From NCBI GenBank assembly GCA_036521075.1, contig DATDIL010000031.1:7961-71960 (forward strand): a stretch of 64,000 bases of DNA, in the 5' to 3' direction. The stretch is from Steroidobacteraceae bacterium. GTDB taxonomy: Bacteria > Pseudomonadota > Gammaproteobacteria > Steroidobacterales > Steroidobacteraceae. How positions within the stretch are numbered: the stretch's first letter is position 1; the number at the start of each line of letters is the position of its first letter. The notes under the pieces were generated by a model, which saw only the letters and a program-made list of their open reading frames with translations, was not told the origin of the DNA and ran no database searches. This document shows, in pieces, positions 1-9,408 of the stretch. The position numbers and the translations under genes were made by a program.

Positions 1-1159
1 GATCGACACGGGCGTAGCATGCGGCCTTCCAGCGCACCGGATCGGCAGGATCCGGGCAGCCCATGAATCCATAGCGGTACCGCACGGTATTATAGCGATC
101 ATCCTGCCGCGGCAGCGGCGCAATGAGCGGGTACATCCTCTCGATGTCGTAGTGGCTGTTCGGGCCGTCCAGGTTCACTGACAGACGATGCAGGTAGCTG
201 ATGCCCGTCGCCGGATCGTACGGCGTTGCGTCCTTGTTGGGGATCACCGGATATGGATTTGCCGCCGTGACCTCTCTGTCGAAGTATAGTTTGCCGTTAT
301 CTTCGAATGCTCCCAGCGTGTGACTGCCACCCCGGGCAGCACCTTCAATCCATTTGAGGTCCTTACCGTCCCCGCAACGGCGCATGAACCCAAAATAGGT
401 CTTCTTGCCTTTGTCCCATGACCAGTGGATGCCGCCACGTTTCATCTGCTCGTGGTCGATTGCCAATGGAGTGAGGAAGAACGCAATATGGTTTTCGGTC
501 ACAGCGAAGTCATGCACGCTGCTGACGTACGGTGTCTGGACCTCGGCGCCCCACACTTTCTTGCCGTGTCGGTCGATTTCAAAGACTGCGATGACATTGC
601 TGCCGAATCCGCGAGCCTCGTAACCGAACGCAACGATATTGCCGCTCGCGGAGCAGATTTTCGGGTGAGCCGTAAAGGGCTGATCGCGAGGCAGCTGGCC
701 ATCGAAGGTATAGACGGGTGCAAGGGTTTCCAGCGTATTCAAGTCCAGGGCAGTGGGCGCACTGTCCTCCTTGAGCGCGAGAATCATGTTCTTGTGATGA
801 ACGACGTGAGTGTTGGCCGTGCTGCGACTGAGACCGCTCACGCTAGGATCGTCCAGAGAGGGATTGCGGTACATCGGCATCAGGCTTCTACGCGCCGCAT
901 CCTGCGCGAGGTAGCGTTCCGTTCGCACATAGCGGCTGCGGTAATCGACGCGGCCGTTCCTGATCCGAAACAGGCGTATGTGGCCCTCGCCGTCGAAGGC
1001 GATGTTGCCGGGGGACAGTGGATACTGCGGGTCCGGACCCACCGCATAGAAGCCGCCGCTGAGATTTTCCGGCAGCTTGCCTTCCACCGAACAGTCCCGC
1101 ACCTCCACCTCCGCGCCCATCGGGGCATAGGTCGCGCCGAATCTGGGAGCTGCGCTCAT
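1..1159 (-). CDS. carotenoid/stilbene cleavage oxygenase family protein (CCD / lignostilbene-dioxygenase-like); C-terminal end lies outside the window
   Basis: Not in the ORF track because there is no stop inside the window. My own minus-strand translation from ATG 1159-1157 gives MSAAPRFGATYAPMGAEVEVRDCSVEGKLPENLSGGFYAVGPDPQY...FDGEGHIRLFRIRNGRVDYRSRYVRTERY...FTAHPKICSASGNIVAFGY...VHDFAVTENHIAFF. The frame appears open to nt 1. The AHPK and HDFA.TE blocks match the His-ligand motifs of the CCD/RPE65 fold. Confidence 0.8.
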   Translation of the reverse strand, partial: MSAAPRFGATYAPMGAEVEVRDCSVEGKLPENLSGGFYAVGPDPQYPLSPGNIAFDGEGHIRLFRIRNGRVDYRSRYVRTERYLAQDAARRSLMPMYRNPSLDDPSVSGLSRSTANTHVVHHKNMILALKEDSAPTALDLNTLETLAPVYTFDGQLPRDQPFTAHPKICSASGNIVAFGYEARGFGSNVIAVFEIDRHGKKVWGAEVQTPYVSSVHDFAVTENHIAFFLTPLAIDHEQMKRGGIHWSWDKGKKTYFGFMRRCGDGKDLKWIEGAARGGSHTLGAFEDNGKLYFDREVTAANPYPVIPNKDATPYDPATGISYLHRLSVNLDGPNSHYDIERMYPLIAPLPRQDDRYNTVRYRYGFMGCPDPADPVRWKAACYARVD

Positions 1160-1163
1160 CGCA

Positions 1164-2090
1164 TCATTTTTTCGGTGTGCCGCCGGATTGCAGAATGGCC
1201 TGGATGCTGCCGTCGGCCGCGGTCGGATTGCGATTATTCTCCAGGCACACATACGGCTCGATCTCGAAGTCAGCCGGCGCCCTCTTGTACGTCTTGATGA
1301 CCGTCCAGGGCTTTACCAGCGCAACGGGGTCCACGAGCGTAAACTCATCACGCAGCGTGTCATCATCGGCCAGCCAGATTCGTTCATAGGCAATCGCCTT
1401 GTCGCTCTTGGGCAGGCCGGATGATTCCATGTTGGTATCCAGCTTGAATCCATAAGCTGTGGACAGCAGAAAGTTGCCTTCCCAGTGTCCGACCGACTCT
1501 CCGTTGTAGGTTGGATCCGGATCGTCCGGTAGCGGCCGTCCGTCAGTGAAAATGCGACGGACCTGTTCGTCCCATTCGGCATAGACCATGATCCGGTCCG
1601 TTCCCATGGTGATCTCCATGGGATAGGTCATGGTCATGATGCGTGGCATGCCCGGCGGCAGGCAGTTTGCGGTCGGATCACCCGTCGGTCTGCCCGCCGC
1701 AGCGTCCGCCAGGTGAGTCGCGAAAATCTTTGCATACGCGGGAGTGAGCGGCGGATTCTGACCCCTCCCCGGCGGGATGCCGGGCGTCCAGCCAATGCCG
1801 CCCTGGTTGATCCAGATGCCTGTCAGGTCGCGCCGGCTTTTCGGACGATACGCGACGGTACCCCACTTCGGATTGACCGGCTGCGTCGTGGCGGCCCCCG
1901 CAAAGCTGGTCGGCAGCTTTGCGGCATCCCGGAACGGTGCCTGGACGCCCTTGCTGAGATCAAGGTCCACCGGCCGACCGATCAGGTCCGTCGCCCCGGG
2001 TGGGGCCTTCTGCGCAATCGATGGGGCGGCAATGAGAATCGAACACGCAGCTGCCGCGAAAATAGCTCTGCCGGTGTGCATCAAGGCCAT
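1164..2090 (-). CDS. secreted protein of unknown function, likely co-transcribed with the cleavage oxygenase
   Basis: 308-aa ORF with a signal-like N-terminus (MALMHTGRAIFAAAACSILIAAPSIAQ). Its stop at 1164-1166 lies 5 nt before the CCD start on the same strand. I recognise no family; notable motifs are CLPPGMPRIM and GHWEGN. Confidence 0.7.
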   Translation of the reverse strand: MALMHTGRAIFAAAACSILIAAPSIAQKAPPGATDLIGRPVDLDLSKGVQAPFRDAAKLPTSFAGAATTQPVNPKWGTVAYRPKSRRDLTGIWINQGGIGWTPGIPPGRGQNPPLTPAYAKIFATHLADAAAGRPTGDPTANCLPPGMPRIMTMTYPMEITMGTDRIMVYAEWDEQVRRIFTDGRPLPDDPDPTYNGESVGHWEGNFLLSTAYGFKLDTNMESSGLPKSDKAIAYERIWLADDDTLRDEFTLVDPVALVKPWTVIKTYKRAPADFEIEPYVCLENNRNPTAADGSIQAILQSGGTPKK

Positions 2091-2216
2091 GGCGACTCTC
2101 CTAGCTTCTCGAGCTCAGTGTAGGCCGTCGTCGTTGGCTTTGCATCGGGGCCGCATAGCTCACCATAACTCGCATGAAACCAGTCCCCCGCAATCCAGGC
2201 GACAGGCGGGTGCGGG

Positions 2217-4214
2217 TCAATGTTCCAGCGCCTTGAAGTTCGTCTGCAGCAGTGCGAGCCGCGTCTCCAGCGAATGATCCGACGGCGTACCGTCGGCGGA
2301 AACCGCAAGCCCGTAACGCACCTTGACGTCGCTGGCGGCAACGCCGCTCACGGTTGCCGCAGCATTGACACGGGTCATCCCGTTGTTCGTGATGTGATCG
2401 CCGTTGAACGGGAATGCGGCCGTGCCGAGCTTTTGCCAGGTGTTCTGGAAGGCATCCGGGAGCGCGGCCGATGGTGCCGGAACGCGACGCACCTGGATCC
2501 AGTTGCCCTTCGCTTTCGGATCCAGCAGTTCGATGCCGCCAACGTCCCACACCACGGCGGTACCGTCATGGAAGTAGCTGAAGTTCACTGCCAGCACGGT
2601 ATCCGGCCGCAGCGCCTGCAATTGCGGGGTTACCTCCAGCTCAAATCGCTTCGAGTGCAGCTGCAGCTTCGTGTCCGGCTCGATCGTGAGGTGCAATCCG
2701 GCCAGCGCTCTGGGCTGCACACCGGACAGTGACTGGAACTCGCGCCAGCGTGCCAGCGTACCCTCCAGCGTCACGAACTGGTAGTTCGCGGCCAGTTCCT
2801 GCTGCCCGATCATGACGGCCTTGGTCATGGTGCGTCCCGCGGCAATCAGGGCCGCATAGCCCTCCGGGGTCGGCATGTTCAGCGTGACCAGCATGGAGTC
2901 GTCAAATGGCAGCGACCACACCATCACGCGCCATAGGCGCCCGAAGTTATCCGTGTAATCGCTCTGCTCCAGCGCCTTGCCGAGGGACACTACCTTGACC
3001 GAATCGCTGCCTACCTTGCGATGCAGCGGCAGAGAGCTTTTCAACAACAGGTCCATGTAGAGCTTTGAATCACCGTACAGGGTCGCCAGCGCGAGTCCAT
3101 CCGGCGCCTTGAGGCGCAGCCCCTCACCGGCGGACACCACCAGCCCGTTTTCCTCCAGCTGCATGGACTTCGTCTGAGGGGCGGCGACCGCCCACCGACC
3201 CTGTGTCGATTGGTGGATCGCGCGCGGCAGCGGCGAACGGGAAACCTGATCGAGCAGCTGTTCGGAACCCGGGCCCATCGGGAACAGGCGCTCGGCATTG
3301 TGTTCCATTATCTGCCGGTCGCCGGTGGTGAAGAGCGTGATGAGCGCATGGTTCATCGCCGCGTACAGGTCTGCGAGCGTGGTTGGCAGCTGAACATTTG
3401 TGCGATTATCGACAATCTCCGAGGTATCCATGATGGGTAGTCGAAAGGACGTGCGACTGCCGATGTCGCCCGAAGTTGGTGAAGCCGCATCTATCAGCGC
3501 AAACGGCGCCGCGTAGTTGAGGTTCTCAGATTCACTCTTGCGCAGCACGATGCCGATGACGCGACCGTGCTGATCGACCAGCGGACCGCCACTATTTCCA
3601 GGCGATGCGGCTGCGGTGAAGCGCAGCCACTGCCAGCGCCCCGCTTCCTCCTCGGGTGTCTCCGATGTGAACACGCCATCGCGGATGACGATGCCCTCGC
3701 CGAGCGCGTTGCCAACTGCATAAACAGGCTCGTTCAATGCGGGTTTTGGTCCTCCGGCAAGCTCTGCCACCCGTGGCGCATCCTTCAGAGTGAAAACCGC
3801 GAAGTCCTGGCTCTGCGAGTACTTGAGCACCTGCGCGATGGCAAACACATGACCCGCGGCATCGCGCACCTCGGGCGCACCGTATTGGCTACCGAGTCCG
3901 AGTCCCAGCACGTGCGCTGCGGTGACGTACCGGTGGCCATCAATGGCGAACGCGGTGCCGATCGAGCGGTACTTGTCGCTTCGCTCCTGAAAAGGAATCA
4001 GATCCAGCGGCAGGGGCTTTTCATACGTGAGCGGGTCGGCTTCCGGTTTTCGCTGCACCACTTCGAAAGTGGCGGCGCGAACCCGCTGCTGGACTTCAAC
4101 AGCAAGCACGTCCGCACGCGCGAGCGCTGCAAGCGCGACGCTCAGCCCCATTGCGAGCACCCCCCGCCAGCGGAATCGCTCCGACCCGCACGGTAGCCAT
4201 AACTTCCCTGTCAC
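2217..4214 (-). CDS. secreted trypsin-fold (S1, Trypsin_2/DegP-like) serine peptidase with a ~400-aa C-terminal extension
   Basis: 665-aa ORF with a hydrophobic N-terminus (GVLAMGLSVALAALARA). Catalytic-triad motifs appear in order: TAAHV (His), DFAVF (Asp), GNSGGP (Ser). I recognise nothing in the C-terminal ~400 aa. Confidence 0.8.
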   Translation of the reverse strand: MTGKLWLPCGSERFRWRGVLAMGLSVALAALARADVLAVEVQQRVRAATFEVVQRKPEADPLTYEKPLPLDLIPFQERSDKYRSIGTAFAIDGHRYVTAAHVLGLGLGSQYGAPEVRDAAGHVFAIAQVLKYSQSQDFAVFTLKDAPRVAELAGGPKPALNEPVYAVGNALGEGIVIRDGVFTSETPEEEAGRWQWLRFTAAASPGNSGGPLVDQHGRVIGIVLRKSESENLNYAAPFALIDAASPTSGDIGSRTSFRLPIMDTSEIVDNRTNVQLPTTLADLYAAMNHALITLFTTGDRQIMEHNAERLFPMGPGSEQLLDQVSRSPLPRAIHQSTQGRWAVAAPQTKSMQLEENGLVVSAGEGLRLKAPDGLALATLYGDSKLYMDLLLKSSLPLHRKVGSDSVKVVSLGKALEQSDYTDNFGRLWRVMVWSLPFDDSMLVTLNMPTPEGYAALIAAGRTMTKAVMIGQQELAANYQFVTLEGTLARWREFQSLSGVQPRALAGLHLTIEPDTKLQLHSKRFELEVTPQLQALRPDTVLAVNFSYFHDGTAVVWDVGGIELLDPKAKGNWIQVRRVPAPSAALPDAFQNTWQKLGTAAFPFNGDHITNNGMTRVNAAATVSGVAASDVKVRYGLAVSADGTPSDHSLETRLALLQTNFKALEH

Positions 4215-4401
4215 GCTGCACTCTCCCGCGTTCTTTGCGATATTTCCACTGCAACATGGTCATCGCAAGCAATCGCGGAGTAAGAATTGGCAACATGTCG
4301 GGAGCGCATGTTCATGCCGCGGCGCAACAGAGAGGATGTCACGCAGGCGTCGTGCCCCGGCCGGTCTATACTTGGCGCGACGAATAACAGGGGCGCAGAC
4401 C

Positions 4402-5742
4402 ATGCGAATTCTTGGACGAATCCTGATTGGGGCGACACTCGCCGGCCTGACGCTGCAAGTGGGCGCCGCGGCGCCGCGCGCGGCCACTGACAGCTGGATC
4501 GGCGTATGGGGTTATGTGATCGCACCGCCGCCCCCGGGCCCTCCTCCCGCGCCGTTCGTGCTGCCCGCACCGCCCCTTACGCCACTGGGTGCGCCCCCCG
4601 CGCCGACGGCAGCCCCCGCCCCACGTGCCTTCCCTGCGCCGCTGCTGGAGAATCCGGGCAATGTACCGGTCGATCTCACGACGGCTGAAATTCGCAATAC
4701 GACCGTTCGGCAGCTGGTCCGTGTGTCGGCGGACGGGTCGCGTCTGCGACTGCGATTGTCGAATGAGGACGGCGCGGAGCCACTGACGCTCGGATCCGTG
4801 CATGTGGGTTTGGCGGCTGCCGACGGTAATGTGGTCGCGGGTACGGATCATGTCGTGACGTTCGACGGCCAGTCCGGCGTCGTGATGCCCGCCAGTTCGC
4901 CGGTGCTGAGCGATGCGATCGACCTGCCGACCAAGGCGTTGGACAAGCTTTATATTTCCATCCACGTGCCTGGCCCGATGGCCCTGCGTGCTGCGCGAAC
5001 GCTCTTTCAGTATGTTGCCGGAACGCCCGGCGACTTCAGCGCCGCGGCGGCATTGCCCGGCGTGCGTCTGATGCGCGTGCCGGTGCTGGTCACGCTGGTG
5101 GAGTCACAGCCAACCGCACCGACCAGGGTAGTGGTGACGCTTGGGGACTCCATCACCGAAGGCGCAGCCTCCACGGCCAATGCCTTCCGGGGCTGGCCAG
5201 ACAGGCTCGCGGAACGCCTCGCGAGCCATCATTGGGCTGTGGTCAACACCGGCATCAGCGGCAATCGTCTGTTGCGCTATGGCGCCGGTCCCAGTGCGCT
5301 GGCGCGGCTCGACCGGGACGTGCTCAGTGTGCCGGGGCTCAAGGCTATTATTCTGCTGGAAGGTATCAATGATATCGGTCGCGGCCTGGGCGCGCCCAAC
5401 TCGACGGAACCGGTCACGGCCGCAGCGCTGGAGGACGCCGACCGGCAGATCATCGCGCGCGCCCGCGAGCACGGCGTGCGTGTCATCGGTGCCACGCTTA
5501 CGCCTTATGAGGGTGCCTCCTATGCCTCACCGGCCGGCGAGGCGGCACGCGAGGCCCTCAATACATGGATCAAGACCAGCGGCGCCTTCGACGCCGTGAT
5601 CGATTTTGCCCCGATCGTGGCCGATCCGGCCAATCCGTTGGCCTTCGCCAAAGCATTCAATGATCGGGATCACCTGCATCCCAACGACGCCGGGTACAAG
5701 GCCATGGGCGATGCCGTTGATCTGGCGGTGCTTGGCAAATAG
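4402..5742 (+). CDS. secreted SGNH/GDSL-family hydrolase (esterase/lipase-like)
   Basis: I chose the internal ATG at 4402 (MRILGRILIGATLAGLTLQVGAAAP signal), in frame with track ORF 4027..5742. The longer start would overlap the divergent protease gene. Block I is VVTLGDSITEG and block V is DHLHPNDAGYKAM. A Pro-rich linker (PPPPGPPPAPFVLPAPPLTPLGAPPAPTAAPAP) follows the signal peptide. Confidence 0.8.
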   Translation: MRILGRILIGATLAGLTLQVGAAAPRAATDSWIGVWGYVIAPPPPGPPPAPFVLPAPPLTPLGAPPAPTAAPAPRAFPAPLLENPGNVPVDLTTAEIRNTTVRQLVRVSADGSRLRLRLSNEDGAEPLTLGSVHVGLAAADGNVVAGTDHVVTFDGQSGVVMPASSPVLSDAIDLPTKALDKLYISIHVPGPMALRAARTLFQYVAGTPGDFSAAAALPGVRLMRVPVLVTLVESQPTAPTRVVVTLGDSITEGAASTANAFRGWPDRLAERLASHHWAVVNTGISGNRLLRYGAGPSALARLDRDVLSVPGLKAIILLEGINDIGRGLGAPNSTEPVTAAALEDADRQIIARAREHGVRVIGATLTPYEGASYASPAGEAAREALNTWIKTSGAFDAVIDFAPIVADPANPLAFAKAFNDRDHLHPNDAGYKAMGDAVDLAVLGK

Positions 5743-5762
5743 TGTGCCGGTTGCGCGGGCGC

Positions 5763-6464
5763 CTATGCTTTGCCGTAGGTCGGCACTACTGCACCGCGCG
5801 TGACCTGGTTCTGCGAAGATGCCAGAAACACGATTGTCGCTGCGACCTCCTCAACCTTCGGCCAGGCATTGAACTGCGCCGTGGGCATGGAGGCGCGGTT
5901 GGCTGGCGTGTCCATGGTTGATGGCGCGACGGCGTTCACCAGTATGCCCTCCTTCGCGACTTCCTCGCCAAGGGCAATCGTCAATGCGACAACTCCCGCC
6001 TTCGCGACCGTGTAGGCCGTAAGGTTTGCCCCCAGGCGCGACTCCAGCGCCTGTCGAGCCGCAACATTGACAATTCGACCACCGGCGCCGCCACGCCTGA
6101 ACGCCGCGATAGCAGCCCGACTGCACAGATAGGTCGAAATCAGATTGCTCCGGAGCTGACTCATCAGCAGTGGTTTGTCACTCTCACAGATAGGCGCAAA
6201 GGCAAAGCCACCCGCGATATGAACCGACGCCCAAAGCTTGTCCAGTCCTCCATAGAAGGCCGTGACGGCGGACTCATCCGCGAGATCACCGAGCGCAACC
6301 AGAGAAACATCCCGATTGTCCCGATGCGGGAAGCGCTTCGCTTCCTCTTCGTTGCGGTAGGGGACGTGGCACACGGCCCCGGCTGCGAGCAGCGCGCCGA
6401 CAACGGCAATGCCCAGCGCACCGGTGCCGCCCGTAATCACGACGTGCCGATTCTGGTAGTCCAC
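5763..6464 (-). CDS. short-chain dehydrogenase/reductase (SDR) family oxidoreductase
   Basis: 233 aa with Rossmann motif VVITGGTGALG and catalytic YxxxK (YTVAK). Confidence 0.8.
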   Translation of the reverse strand: MDYQNRHVVITGGTGALGIAVVGALLAAGAVCHVPYRNEEEAKRFPHRDNRDVSLVALGDLADESAVTAFYGGLDKLWASVHIAGGFAFAPICESDKPLLMSQLRSNLISTYLCSRAAIAAFRRGGAGGRIVNVAARQALESRLGANLTAYTVAKAGVVALTIALGEEVAKEGILVNAVAPSTMDTPANRASMPTAQFNAWPKVEEVAATIVFLASSQNQVTRGAVVPTYGKA

Positions 6465-6546
6465 GAACTGTCTCCCCGTATTGGGTGGATACTATCCTAT
6501 CGCGGACACAGCATGGCCCAGCCAACATGGGAAAAGAGGAATCGTC

Positions 6547-7089
6547 ATGACAGACCTGCAGCGGATCCCACTTGAGACCATCGACAATGAGTCCACCAGC
6601 CTCGCTGCGTACGCCGGCAAAGTGCTGCTGGTGGTCAATACCGCCTCGAAGTGCGGCCTAACACCCCAGTACACGGCACTCGAAGCCCTGTACACGCGCT
6701 ACCGCGATAAGGGATTTGCCGTGCTGGGCTTTCCAAGCAATGACTTTGCCGGACAGGAGCCGGGAAGTAATTCTGAGATTGCCAGCTTCTGTTCGACCAA
6801 TTACGCGGTGGATTTCCCGCTTTTTTCAAAAGTTCGAGTCGTGGGCGCACACAAGCATCCCCTGTATGCCGCCCTGATTGCCCAGCAGCCCAAGGCCGCG
6901 GACAGCGATGCATTTCGGGGAAAACTCAAGGGATACAACGTCACGCCGAACCCCGAGCCCGAAGTGCTGTGGAATTTCGAAAAATTCCTGATCGCCAAAG
7001 ATGGCAGGATAGTGGCGCGCTTTTCCCCCGACATGGCTCCGGATGACGCCAGGTTGGTCAAGGCCATCGAGAATGAGCTTATGGCATAG
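6547..7089 (+). CDS. glutathione peroxidase (Cys-type, BtuE-like)
   Basis: Internal ATG at 6547 preceded by AAGAGGA. Motifs: VVNTASKCGLTPQY (peroxidatic Cys), LGFPSNDFAGQEPG, WNFEKFL. Confidence 0.85.
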   Translation: MTDLQRIPLETIDNESTSLAAYAGKVLLVVNTASKCGLTPQYTALEALYTRYRDKGFAVLGFPSNDFAGQEPGSNSEIASFCSTNYAVDFPLFSKVRVVGAHKHPLYAALIAQQPKAADSDAFRGKLKGYNVTPNPEPEVLWNFEKFLIAKDGRIVARFSPDMAPDDARLVKAIENELMA

Positions 7090-8097
<1,008 letters not shown>

Positions 8098-8103
8098 ACG
8101 GTC

Positions 8104-8391
8104 ATGAAACTTATCGCACAAATTACCGTAGGAATTATTCTGGGTTGGTTGGGGATCCAGGCGATTACGCTGCTCGAGGCTCGGCTGGTGGCGCGCGAGC
8201 AGGAGGCAGCGGTTCCACGACGCAGTGCAATGCCTGCCCAGCCCGCGCTGCCGAGGTTTCCCGCCGCCCTGAGGCCACGGGCCAACGCGACGGCGACGGG
8301 GCCGAGCCAGCCGGCCGCGAAGCCGTGCGAGATCACGAAAGCCAATGGCACTACGCTGCACTGTGAGGGTCCGTTGACGGATCCGCAGTAG
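8104..8391 (+). CDS. small membrane-anchored hypothetical protein
   Basis: 95-aa ORF starting 7 nt after the AKR stop. It has one N-terminal TM helix (IAQITVGIILGWLGIQAITLL). No family recognised. Confidence 0.45.
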   Translation: MKLIAQITVGIILGWLGIQAITLLEARLVAREQEAAVPRRSAMPAQPALPRFPAALRPRANATATGPSQPAAKPCEITKANGTTLHCEGPLTDPQ

Positions 8392-8544
8392 CGCGTAGCG
8401 GCACTACCGCAAGGGTCGCCGCTACGGTCGCGCCGCTACGGAATTGTCCTACGGGGTGATGCGCAGCGGCGGAATATCGGCTGCAAATCCCCGCATTTAC
8501 AGTAGCGTGATTGTCGGCATCGTTGGCTTAGCCCAATTCACCCA

Positions 8545-9396
8545 ATGCCAACGCCGCGGGGGCACGTGAAAATCCGATTTGGCTATGAACTGCTCTATGG
8601 CAGCACGCAAGTGACACCGCTGGTACTGTGCCTGCGCGCAGCCCCGAGCCCGTCGCAACGATTGCTGGTAAGCGATGTCGTGCGCACCGATCCATTCGTC
8701 CCGGTCGTGTCCTCTCGGGACGCATTCGGGAATCTGTGCACGCGGCTGATTGCCCCAGCCGGAACGGTGCGTATCAGCACCGCGGGCCTGCTTGATGATC
8801 CCGGCACTGCGGAGCCCGCTTTCCGGGACGCGCGGGAGACACCGATCGCGAATCTGCCGGCCGATACACTGATGTATGTGCTGCCCAGCCGCTACTGCGA
8901 GAGCGATCTGCTGGCACCCGAGGCGCTGCGTCTGTTCGGCTACCTGCGTCGGGGCTGGTCACGGGTGCAGGCCATCTGTGACTTCGTCCACCAGTACGTG
9001 GCCTGCGGCGGCTCCCCCGACCGGCAGGCGCAGACGGCGCTGGAAACCTACAATGCGGGCCAAGGGCTGTATCAGGACATGACGCATCTGGCCATCGCTT
9101 TTTGCCGCGCCCTGGGCATCCCGGCGCGCTATGCGACCGGCTATCTCGATGGATTCGGGGTACCCGCGGTTGATGCGCCCGTGGATTTTCCCAGCTGCGT
9201 GGAGGCGTTTTTGGACGGTGCGTGGCATATCTTTGAGCCGCGCAACAATGTGCGGCGCATCGGCCGCCTGATCATCGCCCGCGGACGCGACGCAGCCGAT
9301 GTTGCCATCGGCAGCGCCTTCGGTGCCGCTACTTTGCAGCAGTTTCGCCTCTGGACCGATCAGATCTCGGACACCGACGCGATCCAGGCCGCCTGA
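8545..9396 (+). CDS. transglutaminase-like family protein (Bact_transglu_N + core), catalytic triad apparently substituted
   Basis: 283 aa with family hallmarks: IRFGYELLY N-terminal region, LPSRYCESD, and RALGIPARYATGYL after the expected Cys motif. Where the family has G-x-C-x-D-F-A-H-L, this protein has GLYQDMTHL. Confidence 0.75.
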   Translation: MPTPRGHVKIRFGYELLYGSTQVTPLVLCLRAAPSPSQRLLVSDVVRTDPFVPVVSSRDAFGNLCTRLIAPAGTVRISTAGLLDDPGTAEPAFRDARETPIANLPADTLMYVLPSRYCESDLLAPEALRLFGYLRRGWSRVQAICDFVHQYVACGGSPDRQAQTALETYNAGQGLYQDMTHLAIAFCRALGIPARYATGYLDGFGVPAVDAPVDFPSCVEAFLDGAWHIFEPRNNVRRIGRLIIARGRDAADVAIGSAFGAATLQQFRLWTDQISDTDAIQAA

Positions 9397-9408
9397 TGCA
9401 GCTTCAAG

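Noticed and set aside
425-1297. 290-aa plus-strand ORF at the window start
   Set aside because: It is antisense to the carotenoid-oxygenase frame, which is open to the window edge and has family motifs. This ORF is Arg/Ala-rich and spans the junction of two minus-strand genes.
4027-4401. N-terminal 125-codon extension of the SGNH hydrolase ORF
   Set aside because: The extension overlaps the divergent protease gene and is Arg/Ser-rich. The internal ATG at 4402 gives a proper signal peptide.
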